From contig NC_086108.1 of assembly GCF_963921235.1 (NCBI RefSeq), forward strand, positions 78,866,001-78,930,000: 64,000 bases of DNA. Reading direction: 5' to 3'. This DNA is from Mobula hypostoma (taxonomy: Eukaryota). The translations under genes and the position numbers were made by a program. Numbering within the stretch: the stretch's first letter is position 1; each line of letters begins with the position of its first letter. The notes below the pieces were generated by a model, which was not told where the DNA came from, searched no databases, and saw only the letters and a program-made list of their open reading frames with translations. Shown piece by piece: positions 52,555 to 64,000 of the stretch.

Positions 52555-53075
52555 AAATGTGATCTATGTCACTTGGACCATGGAATGATTGTTGGTGCCA
52601 GACAGGGTGGCTTGAGTACCTCCAAAACTGCTGACCTCCTGGAATTTTAACACACAGCAGTGTTCTATCCCTCTTTTGGTTTGGGTGCAGGTTGATAGGA
52701 CTAGGCAGATCAATAGTTCAGCACTGACTAGATGGCCCAAAGGGCCTGTTTCTGTATTGTAGTGTTCAATGACAACAGTCCCTAGAGATTACAAAGAATG
52801 GTGCAAAAAAAAACTAAAAACAGCCACCGAGTGACAGTTCTGTGGATGAAAATGCCTTACTAATAATAGAGATCAGAAGAGAATGGCCAGCTGGCTCAAG
52901 TTGACAAGAAGGCGACAGTAACTCAGATTACCAGAGGTTACAACATTAGTGTGCAGAAGAGCATTGCTGAAAGCACAACACGTCAAACCTCGAAGTGGAT
53001 GGGCTACACCGGGTTCCACACCTGTGGCCAATTTACTAGGTACGTTCCTGTACCAAATAAAGTGGTCACTGAGCG
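52555..53075 (+). mobile_element. Tc1-like transposon remnant, with a small CR1 tail inserted at ~52660-52775
   Basis: GMIVGAR..G.S.SKTADLL HTH-like residues; terminal TACCAAATAAAGTGGTCACTGAGCG-TA. Confidence 0.7.
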
Positions 53076-53079
53076 TACA

Positions 53080-55740
53080 TCAGTGCGACAACATCGATGT
53101 TGCCTCCTGTACCTGTGCAGAACCTGTCAGTCACATACATCATCTTCATTACGAACATTCATCCTGTCCTCAAATTCAATCCCTTGGACTACAGTATTTC
53201 CAACACCTCTCTCTCCTTTCTGGATCTGTCTCTCTCAGTAGACAAACTATCCACCAGTATTTACTGCAAATCCACCAACTTCCACACGTCCTCCCACTCT
53301 GTAAGGACAACATTCCTTTTTCTGTTTCTCCTTCTCTGCCACACCCAGATGTCTAAGACATCTCCTTTTTTTTCCCCTCCAGTAATGAAGCTTCCCCTCC
53401 ACTCTAGTTGATGGCACCTTCATCCACATCTCTGCTTCCTACACTTCCGCTCTTACCACATCTTCACCCAAGCAGAACAGACATAGCAATCTCTTCACCC
53501 TTACCTCTCATCCCACCAGCACATCATTCTATGAAATGTCTGTGAGCTACAGAGCAATTCCACCACCAGCCCTATCTTCCCCTCTCCATCCCTTTCTGTT
53601 ATAACCACTCTCTCCACGACTCCCTAGTTTGCTCATTCCTCTCTCCCCGTCCCAAACACTTCCACCTGCAATTGGAAGAGGTGTAACATTTGTCCTAGGC
53701 AGTCCCTGCATCTGGTGCTCTCAATGTTGTCTCCTCTATATCGGTGAGATCAAACGTAGACTACACACCTCCTCTTTGCCCAGCACCTGTGCTCTGTCCT
53801 CTACAGGCATGTGCAGCTCCCAGTTGCCAGGTATTTTAATCCCCCCTCCCCACGTTTGCATCGAATTATTTGTCTCCACTACTACAAGGGTGAGGCTAAC
53901 CACAGACTAGAGAAACAGCACCTCATGTTCCACCGGGGCAGTCTACAACCGGTTCCTTTACGTTATCATTGCCAGAGGGAGGCAGTAGGGATAAACCCTC
54001 TCTATCTATTTAATGTTCCCAAAGGCTTGCAACTCAAATAGCCTCTAACAACCAAGCCCAGCTCCCGGGCTTCACATGTGGCTTAGCTACTAAGCCCAGC
54101 AGAAGCGTTTCTGCTGACAGGAAAAGGGACAAAAGTGGGTTACTGGTGCCTTAAAACCAGTTGCTTCAGCTAGATGGGGCTCATCACAGCCAGAAGGAAA
54201 ACTCTGCTCTCACATCTCACGCTGCCTTGCAGCTACACCCAGTCATAGGGAAGGCTTTGGGAGCAAAGCTCGCAGGAAAATATGGAGCTGGAGATCCTAA
54301 GGCAATCCTACGTAGAATTCAATGCTAACTGGTAACTCCTGCAATGCCACTGGAGCCAAACTGTAACAGTCTCTGCCGTTCCTTTGGATTTATCAGCTGC
54401 ATGGAAAGAGGAAGCCTAATACATGGGGAACAGTTTCTCTCCATATCATACTGCCCTGGCGTGCTTACTGTCTAGCGTATTTCGTAGACAGCTAGGATGC
54501 AATATCAACAGTCAACCCTGATCAACAGAGGGCCTCAGTATTAATCTATAACCTGACAGCATGAACTGAATTCGTCAAATTCAGGCAAATGCATTCCCCT
54601 CCTCCTATTTTACTTTCTCTTCCTGATCCAACCAACCCCTCGTACACTTACCCCAGCCCCATTACCCAGTATTTTTCTCCTTCTTTACCCACTCCGTCTG
54701 CCCATCACACACACATTTCCGCAGGGTATCCTCCCCCTAATGTCCCCATGTTCCCACCACACCACCCTTATTTAGTTCCATGATCTCATTTTCTTTCAAG
54801 TCAAGTCACTTTTTATTGTCATTTCGACCATAACTGCTGGTACAGTACACAGTAAAAATGAGACAATGCTTTTCAGGACCATGGTGCTACATGAAACCAC
54901 ACAAAAACTACACTGAAGTACACAAAACTACACTAGACTACAGACCTACCCAGGACTGCATAAAGAGCACAAAACAGTGCAGGCATTACAATAAATAATA
55001 AACAAGACAGTAGGCACAGCAGAGGGCAGTAGGTTGGTGTCAGTCCAGGCTCTGGGTATTGAGGAGTCTGATGACTTGAGGGAAGAAACTGTTACATAGT
55101 CTGGTCGTGAGAGCCCGAATACTTTGGTGCCTTTTGCCAGATGGCAGGAGGGAGAAGAGTTTGTATGAGGGGTGCATGAGGACCTTCATAATGCTGTTTG
55201 CTTTACGGATGCAGCGCGTTGTGTAAATGTCTCTAATGGCGGGAAGAGAGACCCCGATGATCTTCTCAGCTGACCTCACCATCCACTGCAGGGTCTTGCG
55301 ATCCGAGATGGTGCAATCTCAGAACCAGGCAGTGATGCAGCTGCTCAGGATGCTCTCAATACAACCTCTGTAGATCTGTAGAATGCGGTGAGGATGGGAG
55401 GTGGGTGCTGGGAGATGGACTTTTCTCAGCCTTCGCAGAAAGTAGGGACGCTGCTGAGCTTCCTTTACTATGGAGATACCATCATCTGCAGGCTTTTTGT
55501 CATCTCTTTCACTTCCCAATCTATGTCATTACTTCCAATCTTCCTTTCTCCATCTACCCATCATCCCTCTTCAGTCAGATCCATCCAATGCTTTCCAACA
55601 CTTGCTCCACACCTTCCCCCCCACCCACTTCTCTCTTCTGGCATACCTCCTCCACCTCTCAGTCCATATAGATGATCTCGACCCAAAACCTCGAATATCC
55701 ATTTCTCTTCACAAATACTGAAACTCTGCAACATTTCATT
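53080..55740 (+). mobile_element. Old PLE interrupted by the RTE-like repeat (53965-54540) and by minus-strand Rex1 fragments (54798-55470)
   Basis: NIDVASC, SFLDLS, CIWCSQCCLLYIGEIKRRL, LEKQHLMFH.GSLQP. Confidence 0.75.
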
Positions 55741-56009
55741 TTTTTTAATGCCACTTTCACTGCTTAGTATACAAATAAGTCTGATGTTATAGCTTTTCCA
55801 GCACCAGATTCTGGAGCATTATACCTGGTTTGGAAAAAAAAAATTCGTCACTAAAGCTCGGTTGTTCCCTGACTTCATAGCAAAGTTACAGTGACAAATA
55901 TCAAACACAGGAAAATAAATCTCAGTGAAATGCAACCAGGGTAGGTCTTACACAGAGAACTGTAGGGCACTGAGGCATGCTGTAGAAAAAAAGGAATCTG
56001 GAAATACTG

Positions 56010-56660
56010 CACAGGTCCTTAATTCATTAAAAGTGGCATCATAGGTAGGTAAGGTCGCAAAGAAAGCTTTCGGCACATTGACTTTCATAAATCAAAAGTA
56101 TCCAGTACAGGAGATTGGATGTTATGTTGAAGTTGTATGAGACATTGGTGAGGTCTAATTTGGAGAATTGTGTGCAGTTGTGGTCATCTACAGGAAAGAT
56201 GTAAATAAGGCTGAAAGAGAAAGTTTACAAGGATGTTGCCGGGACTGGAAACCCTGAGTTATAAGGGAAGATTGAATAGGTTAGGACTTTATTCCTTGGA
56301 ACATAGAAGATTTGATAGAGGTATACAAAATTATGAAGAGTATAGATAGGGTAAATGCAAGCAGGCTTTTTCCACTAAGGTTGGTTTGGAATACAACTAG
56401 AGGTCATGATTAAATGTGAAAAATGAAAAGTTTAAGCGGAATATGATGGGGAAACTTCTTGACAGAGGGTTGTGAGAGTGTGGAATGAGCTGCCAGTGGT
56501 GCATGTAAGCTCGATTTCAATGTGTAAGAGAAAACTGGATAGGTACGTGGTTGGTAGGAGTATGGTCCCAGTGCAGGTCGATGGGACTAGGCAGTTTAAA
56601 TAGTTTCAGCATGGAGGGGATGGGCCAAAGGGCCTGTTTCTGTGCTGTACTTTTATATCA
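56010..56660 (+). mobile_element. CR1 LINE 3' fragment
   Basis: LYETLVR.NLE.CVQ.WS and FTRMLPGL motifs; 3'UTR GATGGGCCAAAGGGCCTGTTTCTGTGCTGTA. Confidence 0.8.
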
Positions 56661-57199
56661 CTCTAATTCAAAGTCGAGTTTATTGCCATATATACAAATA
56701 CATGTATGCACAGGTGCAATGAGAAACTTACTTGCAGCAACATCACAGGACTTAGCATCAAATAAACAGCATTCACAAAAAAAAACAAATTATACACAAT
56801 TTTTAGACAAATAAAAATTAGAACAAAAATAATAAAGTCCATTTTAGTGCAAAGTGTCAAGAGTGGCCATAAGTGTTTGTTGCTGTGGGACGGACGGTAG
56901 CACTCCATCCTGCACGCCCATATTTTTACTTTGAGCATGTTGGATTTAACATAATAGAACAACCCTGTTGTATAATGGAGGCTATCCTCACTTTTGAAAG
57001 ACAGGACTTCTCTCTATCACTTTAAAGACCGTTCCACCGAGACCATCAGCAACCAACGGTAATCAGGATGAGGATCAAGGTTTACACCTGGTGTCAGCTC
57101 TCACACCAGCTGCCACTTGCTGGGCAGACTTGCCCTTCAAAGCTCAACTGACCTGATCAGCAGTGATGCCACATGGTGCAGGGTGACAGAATTTCATCA

Positions 57200-57570
57200 A
57201 GACTCTCTGACGGTGGTGTCTGAAAAGAGGATGCTGTCCAAGTTGCATGCCATCTTGGACAATGTCTCCCATCCACTACATAATGTACTGGTTGGGCACA
57301 GGAGTACATTCAGCCAGAGACTCATTCCACCGAGATGCAACACAGAGCGTCACAGGAAGTCATTCCTGCCTGTGGCCATCAAACTTTACAACTCCTCCCT
57401 TGAAGGGTCAGACATCCAGAGCCAATAGGCTGGTCCTGGACTTATTTCCTGGCATAATTTACATATTACTATTTAACTATTTATGGTTTTATTACTATTT
57501 AATTATTTATGGTGCAACTGTAACAAAAACCAATTTCCCCCGGGATCAATAAAGTATGACTATGACTATC
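57200..57570 (+). mobile_element. Rex-like LINE 3' end with (TATGAC)n tail
   Basis: ILDNVSHPLH...SFLPVAIKLYN; GGGATCAATAAAG-TATGACTATGACTAT. Confidence 0.8.
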
Positions 57571-58445
57571 AGACTAAACATCACCATCTTACAAATAATA
57601 TTGCATGTGGTAATCAGAAGGATTTCTTGTTCATGTTTGGCACAATGATACAGATCTTAACGAAATCCTGAGTGAACGATAAAGACTTTCTCCTGAATGT
57701 AAATCACTGAGGTGTCACTTTTGGGGGATCTAACCTAACCTACTAAGCTGCGGCTATCGCCTGTAACTAACAGGCTCCTGGATCAGCTGTGACTGGCTTC
57801 GTGGCTCCAGACTCACTTTCTTGAACATCAGTTCTGAAGGATATTTGTTTACTTTTATTGTTTGCAGGATTTGGGTTTTTTCCTGCACACTGGGTGCTTG
57901 ACGGTCCCTTTTTAATGGGTTCTATCGGGTTGCTTTGCTTTGTAAGGAGGTTAATCTCAAGGTCGTATACAATAAATACACGTTGATAATAAATGTACTT
58001 TGAACTAATGGTGAGGTAGGAAAATGGAAGAGAATCAAACCAAAAGGTGACCATTCATCCCATGCCTTTGTGCTCACCCAATAAAAAGTAATGAGCCTGA
58101 CATCTTCCTCTTTCTCTGCCGTTCCACAAAATTTCCTCCACAACCCACACATCCAAAACCTGCTTCCATCTTTCAGTTCCATATTGTGGATGCAAAAGGG
58201 TCATGTTGGTGCCCAAGTTGGGAAAGCTAGTCGATAGCAGATACCCTAGTCTCTCTGAAGCCAGATCCCAGTACAACTTGAGAAAGTGACATGGAACTGA
58301 AGTATACAATGATTGTTTTTGTATCTATACTTGCCCACAATTTAAAAGCCAACATTTCTCTTCGAAACACACTTCAAGATCAGTAGAGAAATTCAAGGAC
58401 CCATGACAAGGAATGAACGGAAGCACGAGATACAAAATAATGACA

Positions 58446-58630
58446 ACAACAACACACAATTTTGGAGGAACTCAGCAGGTCAGGCAGCATCGATGGAAAT
58501 GAACAGTCATCATTTTCAACCATGACTCTTCTCGGATCCGGATTGAAGGGTCTCAGTCTGAAATGTCGACTATTTGCAGTTCCTCCAGCATTTTGAGATG
58601 CTCAAGATTTAAAGCAGAATCTTTTTCCTT
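58446..58630. mobile_element. Degenerate palindromic PLE pLTR insertion
   Basis: Opposed pLTR ends; degenerate TSD CAAAATAATGACA / CAAAGTATTGACA. Confidence 0.65.
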
Positions 58631-61379
58631 CAAAGTATTGACACAACCGGTTTTATAAACTGTGAACACAAAAATCCAAATTCCATCCATCAGAGAGTAT
58701 TACTATATCAAACTATTGCTGGATAATGTATCTCTAATTTTTAATACATCTCCACATGTCAACAGGGATGCTGTTAAATACTTGACAGGGCTGGATATGC
58801 CTTTGTCCTGTCAGGCATGCTAGTCAAATCTGGTAGTCCACCTTCCAACAATTTGTTACAGCCAGTTAAACAATCCTCCAGGCCAAATGAGAGCCCAGTT
58901 ATAACTCATGCTCGTTGTTATCTATATGGGGTCTCCAACAAGCCAACCTGGTAAGAAGCCAAATTTCCTCCCCTAAAGGATGTTTGTGAACTGTTGTGTT
59001 TTTTTAAAACATGAGTACCAGTAACTTCATGGGAATTATTTATAATACCAGCTGGAATTATCTGAATTTAAAATTCCTCCACTACCATTGTAAGAATTGA
59101 AAATGTTTCTCTGCGTCATTTCACCAGCCATGTGGATTATTGAACAAACATGCTATTTCTATGACCAAACACTCATTTAGTAGTGTGTTGCATTGTGCTC
59201 AACAAGAGAAAACTAACACAAAGGGCAATTACAGCAAATACTTGAATTAAAGAAAGCAGAAAATGTAATAAACGCACATCAGGCCAGAAATTTTCAATGA
59301 AAGCTCTATGTCCTGAAACATTAAACATGTTTCTATGACAATAAATTCAACGTTCATCCTTCTCTCCAGATTTGCTGTCGAATGCAATATATAAAGAAGA
59401 AAGCAACAGTTTCTGGATTAAGACGGATGGTTAACATGGATTAAAATCACAGTTAGAAGCTGAAACAGAGAGGAAGAGCAATTCAACAGAATTCCTAAAC
59501 ATTTTGAGAATTCAGCTTGGAAAAATCAGTGAAGGAAAACTACTGTTCAAGATTTAGCTGGCTCCATGGTGGCAATGTCCTAAATTCTTTCCTGACCTGC
59601 TGTCTAGCACCACATACAGGGGGTCTAGAACGGAGTGGCCAATCAGAATCAAATGTAGGTCTGGAAGCCAGCAAATCAGAAAGCAAAAAGCCTGTTTAAA
59701 ACAAAGTTTAGTACATACAACTGGAATTTTTAAAAAGTAAAAAAGATGAAATAAAGCTCGTGGAATTTTCAATTGCATTGAAGAAATTATTCTCTACTTA
59801 CAAAAATACTTTCCCAAAGGCAGGTAACTGATTTAGCAGAAATTATGCAGTTAAAATGTCAGCTACACTTTATTCAACATGACTGAACACTTGCAATGGG
59901 CTTTCAGCTAGAATGATGGTAGAAACCTGAATTTTACCTCAAAATCACTCATTTTCTAACAGCACGTGAAGAAGATTACTGACGATTTCATCTACAGCTT
60001 TGAAAGTTGCTGCCAGTTTCTTTTTAGCATATCACTGTCATTATGGCTGCAACCTGAAGAAACCTCATCTCTTTCAGTAGTGCAAGTAGTACATAATTTA
60101 TCAGTGGCGAGAAAGGAAACAAAAGATAAATGCTGGAAAGCACAGAGTATTATAATCATTTCCTCTTTATAGATCAGTCCAGTGAACCTCAAAACCAAAG
60201 TAATGCATAATTATGATTTCGTTCCAGTGCTGTCCCATCCATACATTTAGTTATAGTGCTTTGTATCATCAACATATACCGGAACAACACAAGCTTTACA
60301 GTGAACCTCACTGTCTGTAAACAAACAACAGCAAAAACAAAGAAACTTGAGACTGCCCAGTTTGCAGTTTAGTCATCAGATGGTGTACCATATCAAGCAG
60401 TTACATGAATCAACTGATGAAGAGACAAAAAACACCATCTATCTTGCCTCCTTTGATCTACATTGGAGGAGCAGAAATCACAACCATTGAGAGAACTTGC
60501 AACTAAGAGTCAATGGAAGGAAGACTTATGTTGAATTTATTTTTCCCTCATTATCCCTGCAACATGCTCTATTTAAAACTTCAAAATATGGTTTCATCAC
60601 TTGCACATCAAGGCAAAGGTTCTTCAGGATATGACAATTCAAAAATGGTAAATTGGTAAATAAGTAACACCAATCACTAGACAGCAGCACAAACAAGTCT
60701 ACAAAATGAATAACCAAATATATTATGATTTTTTAAAACCACACATTGACACTATTGCTGATGGCGAAACACAGAAACGCGAAGCAGAAGTAATATAATT
60801 CTTATTTAACAAATGATTGAACACTTGAAGCCATAAATTGGGACAAGTAAAAATTGTGGAAGTCAAAGCCAGTAAAATTGCACGTTTTCAGAGAAATTAA
60901 ATAACAGCTGGATTTAAAAATGTGTGTGAAATATGACAAGGAATTGTCCAATGTGTTGTGGAATGGCTTGGTCGAGGGGACGTGACTATAAACTCATTAT
61001 TACTGGAAATATTAGTCAGAAATAACACCATGTAACTAAACAAAGATGGATGAAGTAGGATTTATTTTTTAAAAAGACATTCAAATAAAGCAGCAGTGAA
61101 CTGAATAGTTGGTGGCACAATAACATATACATAAACATTCTACTGGCACGGCACTGACATCGGAAATACACTTGATGAAAATTGATCTGCAGTTAACAGT
61201 ATTTAGACAGCACTGATCCTAAAATGAAACATCCTGATATTAACTCATCAGGCCATCAGAAATTTGGGAGCTCGGGAATTATCCTAAACGTTGCAATACA
61301 CTCCATTCATATTTATCTAAAATAATCCCATACGCACGCACCTAGAGATTCACGCGCATTTTAAAATAATATAACTTAC

Positions 61380-62000
61380 CTGTTTTCCCACTGTAAAATG
61401 TAGCACCGATACATGTCCTGCAAGAAATAAATCTTCAGTCTTTGTTTTCACCTCTTCATTGATCAAGATGAACTAAATAGAATTTGCAGCATGTAAAAAA
61501 CACACAGTGCAATCATTGGCCGCCAGACGAAGGCACTCAGACAGAAGACACAAAGCCTTTGGAAACGAGAGTGGGAAGGAACAAAAGCATGAAAATGCAA
61601 TCTCACACATTCCACGCAACAAAAATCTTTCGCAGAAATCCGCCGCAAATTGTTACGGTGTCGAAGTGGCGACTTGGGAGAGAGAAGTCGCGGAGCAGCA
61701 CAGACCCATTCGGCTGGAGGGGAGGGGAGGTGAGGTGAGGTGGGGTGGGGGGTAGGGGTAAGGGAGGCTGTATCAGCGCAGCGCAGCGCGGCGCGGAGCG
61801 GAGTGGAGCGGAACCCGGGGCTGGCTCCCAGCGCCGGCTACAACAGCAGCGTTCGCCTCAGAGCGGAGCTGGGAGATAACTGACCGCCCGAAAGAAGCGT
61901 ACGGAATCCTGCAAGGATCAAACTCCGACCCGCCGCCAGGGGGTGCGTTGCGTGGGTGGGGTGGGGCGGTGGGCTGGGTTTGACGAAGGTTGTGGCAATA
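61380..62000 (-). promoter_or_regulatory. CpG-rich putative promoter and non-coding exon 1 of B4GALT2
   Basis: The only non-TE CpG-dense segment. It has GC boxes (CCGCCC ~61884, GGGCGG ~61964), (CAGCG)/(GGAGC) pentamer run 61774-61812, and a strong minus-strand donor AAACAG|GTAAGT at 61380/61379. It lies upstream of the coding exon in the right orientation. Confidence 0.6.
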
Positions 62001-62983
62001 ATTCATCCCGATTAACTCTTCCTCTGACTCAAGCCCAACTTCACGCCGAAATCAGGGCATTTAAAGCGAGGTGTTTACCTTTAGTGTGGAAAGTAGGAGT
62101 TCCCTCTTTCACACTCTGCGGGGATGCTAGGATCAGACGCACAGAATACTGGGGCAAGTCGGGCAGTACCTGTGAAGGGGGATAAACAGTCGACGTTTCG
62201 GGTCCGGAGAGACAATAGACAATAGAGGAAGGGGGAAGAAGCCAGAATGAGAAGGTGAGGGGGAGGGGATGCAGAAAGCTGGCGGGTAATAGGTGACAGG
62301 TGAAACCAAGTGAGGAGGAAGGTAGAGGACTGTGCAAAAGTATACGTACCTGGGATGCCCCCGACTTTTGCCCAGTACTGTATTTGTCAGCGTAGAGCGG
62401 AGAGCCAGTTTCTAAACCTGGCGGCAATAAAAGATGTTGGGAATGGCAAGGGTAAAGCGCCGCGGGAGGGGTGTAGCACAGAGAAGGAGTGCCGGGGCAG
62501 AGGTTGGCACAGATGCAAACACACCAGCTCCGAGACACCAGGAAAGGTCATTTGATGTGATTAGTTTATCGGATCCTGACAAAATGTCTCTCTGGTACTT
62601 CCCACTTCATCCCCTCTTCCCAACCATGTTTCTCCTCTCCCTGACCCTTTCCCATTCTCAGTCCACAATTGAGACCCATTTCAAACATTTATATTCATTC
62701 CTGAGACCTTTGCACAGAAGTGTAGGTAGGTAGGTAGGTGGGGGAGGGGAACAATGTAAGGAGCAGGAGGGGATTGATAGAAGAGGTAATCTGCTGAAGA
62801 GTGAGTATATGTGTACTCAAGCTCATCCAAGGACTCAGAGTCTTATATTGTGATTATATAATTTGCATTGCAAATGAGAAAACTTCAGGTGATCAGATTT
62901 AATATCATTGGCATAGGTTGTGAAATCTGTTGTTATGTGGCAGCAGTACTTGGAGTACATAAAAACTGTAATTTACAGTAAGA

Positions 62984-63170
62984 CAACAACAACAGGAATT
63001 CTGCAGATGCTGGAAATTCAAGCAACACGCATCAAAGTTGCTGGTGAACGCAGCAGGCCAGACAGCATCTCTAGGAAGAGGTACAGTCGACGTTTCAGGG
63101 TCTCGGCCTGAAACGTCGACTGTACCTCTTCCTAGAGATGCTGCCTGGCCTGCTGCGTTCACCAGCAAAA
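62984..63170. mobile_element. Short palindromic PLE pLTR insertion
   Basis: Arms meet at hammerhead stem-loop II; TSD TTACAGTAAGA at 62973-62983 and 63171-63181. Confidence 0.9.
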
Positions 63171-63224
63171 TTACAGTAAGAAGTGTGTGTACTATAATAT
63201 ATATTTTAATTTTTGCACTCCTTA

Positions 63225-63650
63225 CCCTTCAGCAGGACTGGAACATGAGAAGTTAAATAGAGAAGGTGGGGGGAGGGGAGGAAGCAGTACAAAGTGGTAG
63301 ATGATAGGTGAAACCAGGAGAGGGGGAGGGGTGAAGTAAAGGGCTGGGAAGCGGATCGGTGAAAGAGATAAACGGCAGGAGAAGGGGGAATCCAATAGGA
63401 GAGGGTGGACCATGGAAGAAAGGGAACGGGGAGGGTGAAGGGCAGGGCAATTCGGAAGTTCAAGAAATCGATGTTCGTGCCATCAGGTTGGAGGCTACCC
63501 GGATGGAATATAAAGTGTTGCTCCCCCAACCTGAGTGTGGCCTCTTCGCAGCAGTACAGGAGGCCATGGACTGACACGTCAGAGTGGGAATGATAAGTAG
63601 AATTGAAGTGGGTGACCGCTGGGAGATCCCACTTTTTCTGGCAGAGGGAA
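63225..63650 (-). mobile_element. PLE GIY-YIG end and pLTR fragment
   Basis: MSVHGLLYCCEEATLRLGEQH.IFH.GSLQPDG. Confidence 0.85.
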
Positions 63651-64000
63651 AGAAGCTATTCCTGAATAGCCCAAAGAAGCTCATACCGAAGATGGGTCCT
63701 TTGGTCTCCAAATTCTAACGAAAATTAGGATAAGGGATTTATCCATTGGTTGGAGTCAACTGTGGATTTTGCATCCCAGCTGTCTACGTGATAGGCTGGC
63801 TTGGGCAGTACAATATGGAGACCAAAATGCAGCCCATGCAGCAGGCTCTCCCTCCCTCTGCAGCTGATGAATCCAAAGGAATGGCAGAGACCGTTACAGT
63901 TTGGCACCAGTGAGTCGCAGGAGTTGCCAGTCAGCATTGAACTCAGTGTAGGACTGCCTTAGGGACTCCAGCTCCAGGTTTTTCGTCAAGGTTTACTCCT

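Noticed and set aside
1..64000. CRISPR arrays, rRNA or true tRNA genes
   Set aside because: No regularly spaced repeats. The tRNA-like boxes belong to SINE heads without a cloverleaf.

Overview
Repeat-rich vertebrate genomic DNA. The repeat landscape suggests a cartilaginous fish such as a ray or shark (inference). The only host gene I can support is B4GALT2 on the minus strand. Its first coding exon lies at 11235-11547, and a CpG-rich putative promoter/exon 1 lies at about 61380-62000, so most of the window is probably a ~50 kb first intron. That intron is filled with nested transposons: Neptune-type Penelope-like elements (PLEs) carrying minimal hammerhead ribozymes, many Rex1/Babar and CR1 LINE fragments, an R4/Dong fragment, tRNA/V-SINEs, Tigger/Tc1/hAT/Harbinger DNA elements and one nearly intact Mag-like Gypsy LTR retrotransposon. 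Four observations stand out. (1) The Gypsy element has no tRNA primer-binding site; it has a 13-15 nt sequence complementary to its own LTR R region (candidate self-priming), and its RT motif is a non-canonical YLDN. (2) Eight PLE insertions are tail-out palindromes with 11-15 bp TSDs, mostly with one long and one short 3' end, and in the young copies both arms share private variants. (3) There are Tigger4- and MER2-like sequences that look very similar to mammalian fossils as I recall them. (4) The B4GALT2 leader has a stop-start (TGATG) uORF pair. All family names come from motif recognition without database searches, and boundaries of old fragments are approximate.
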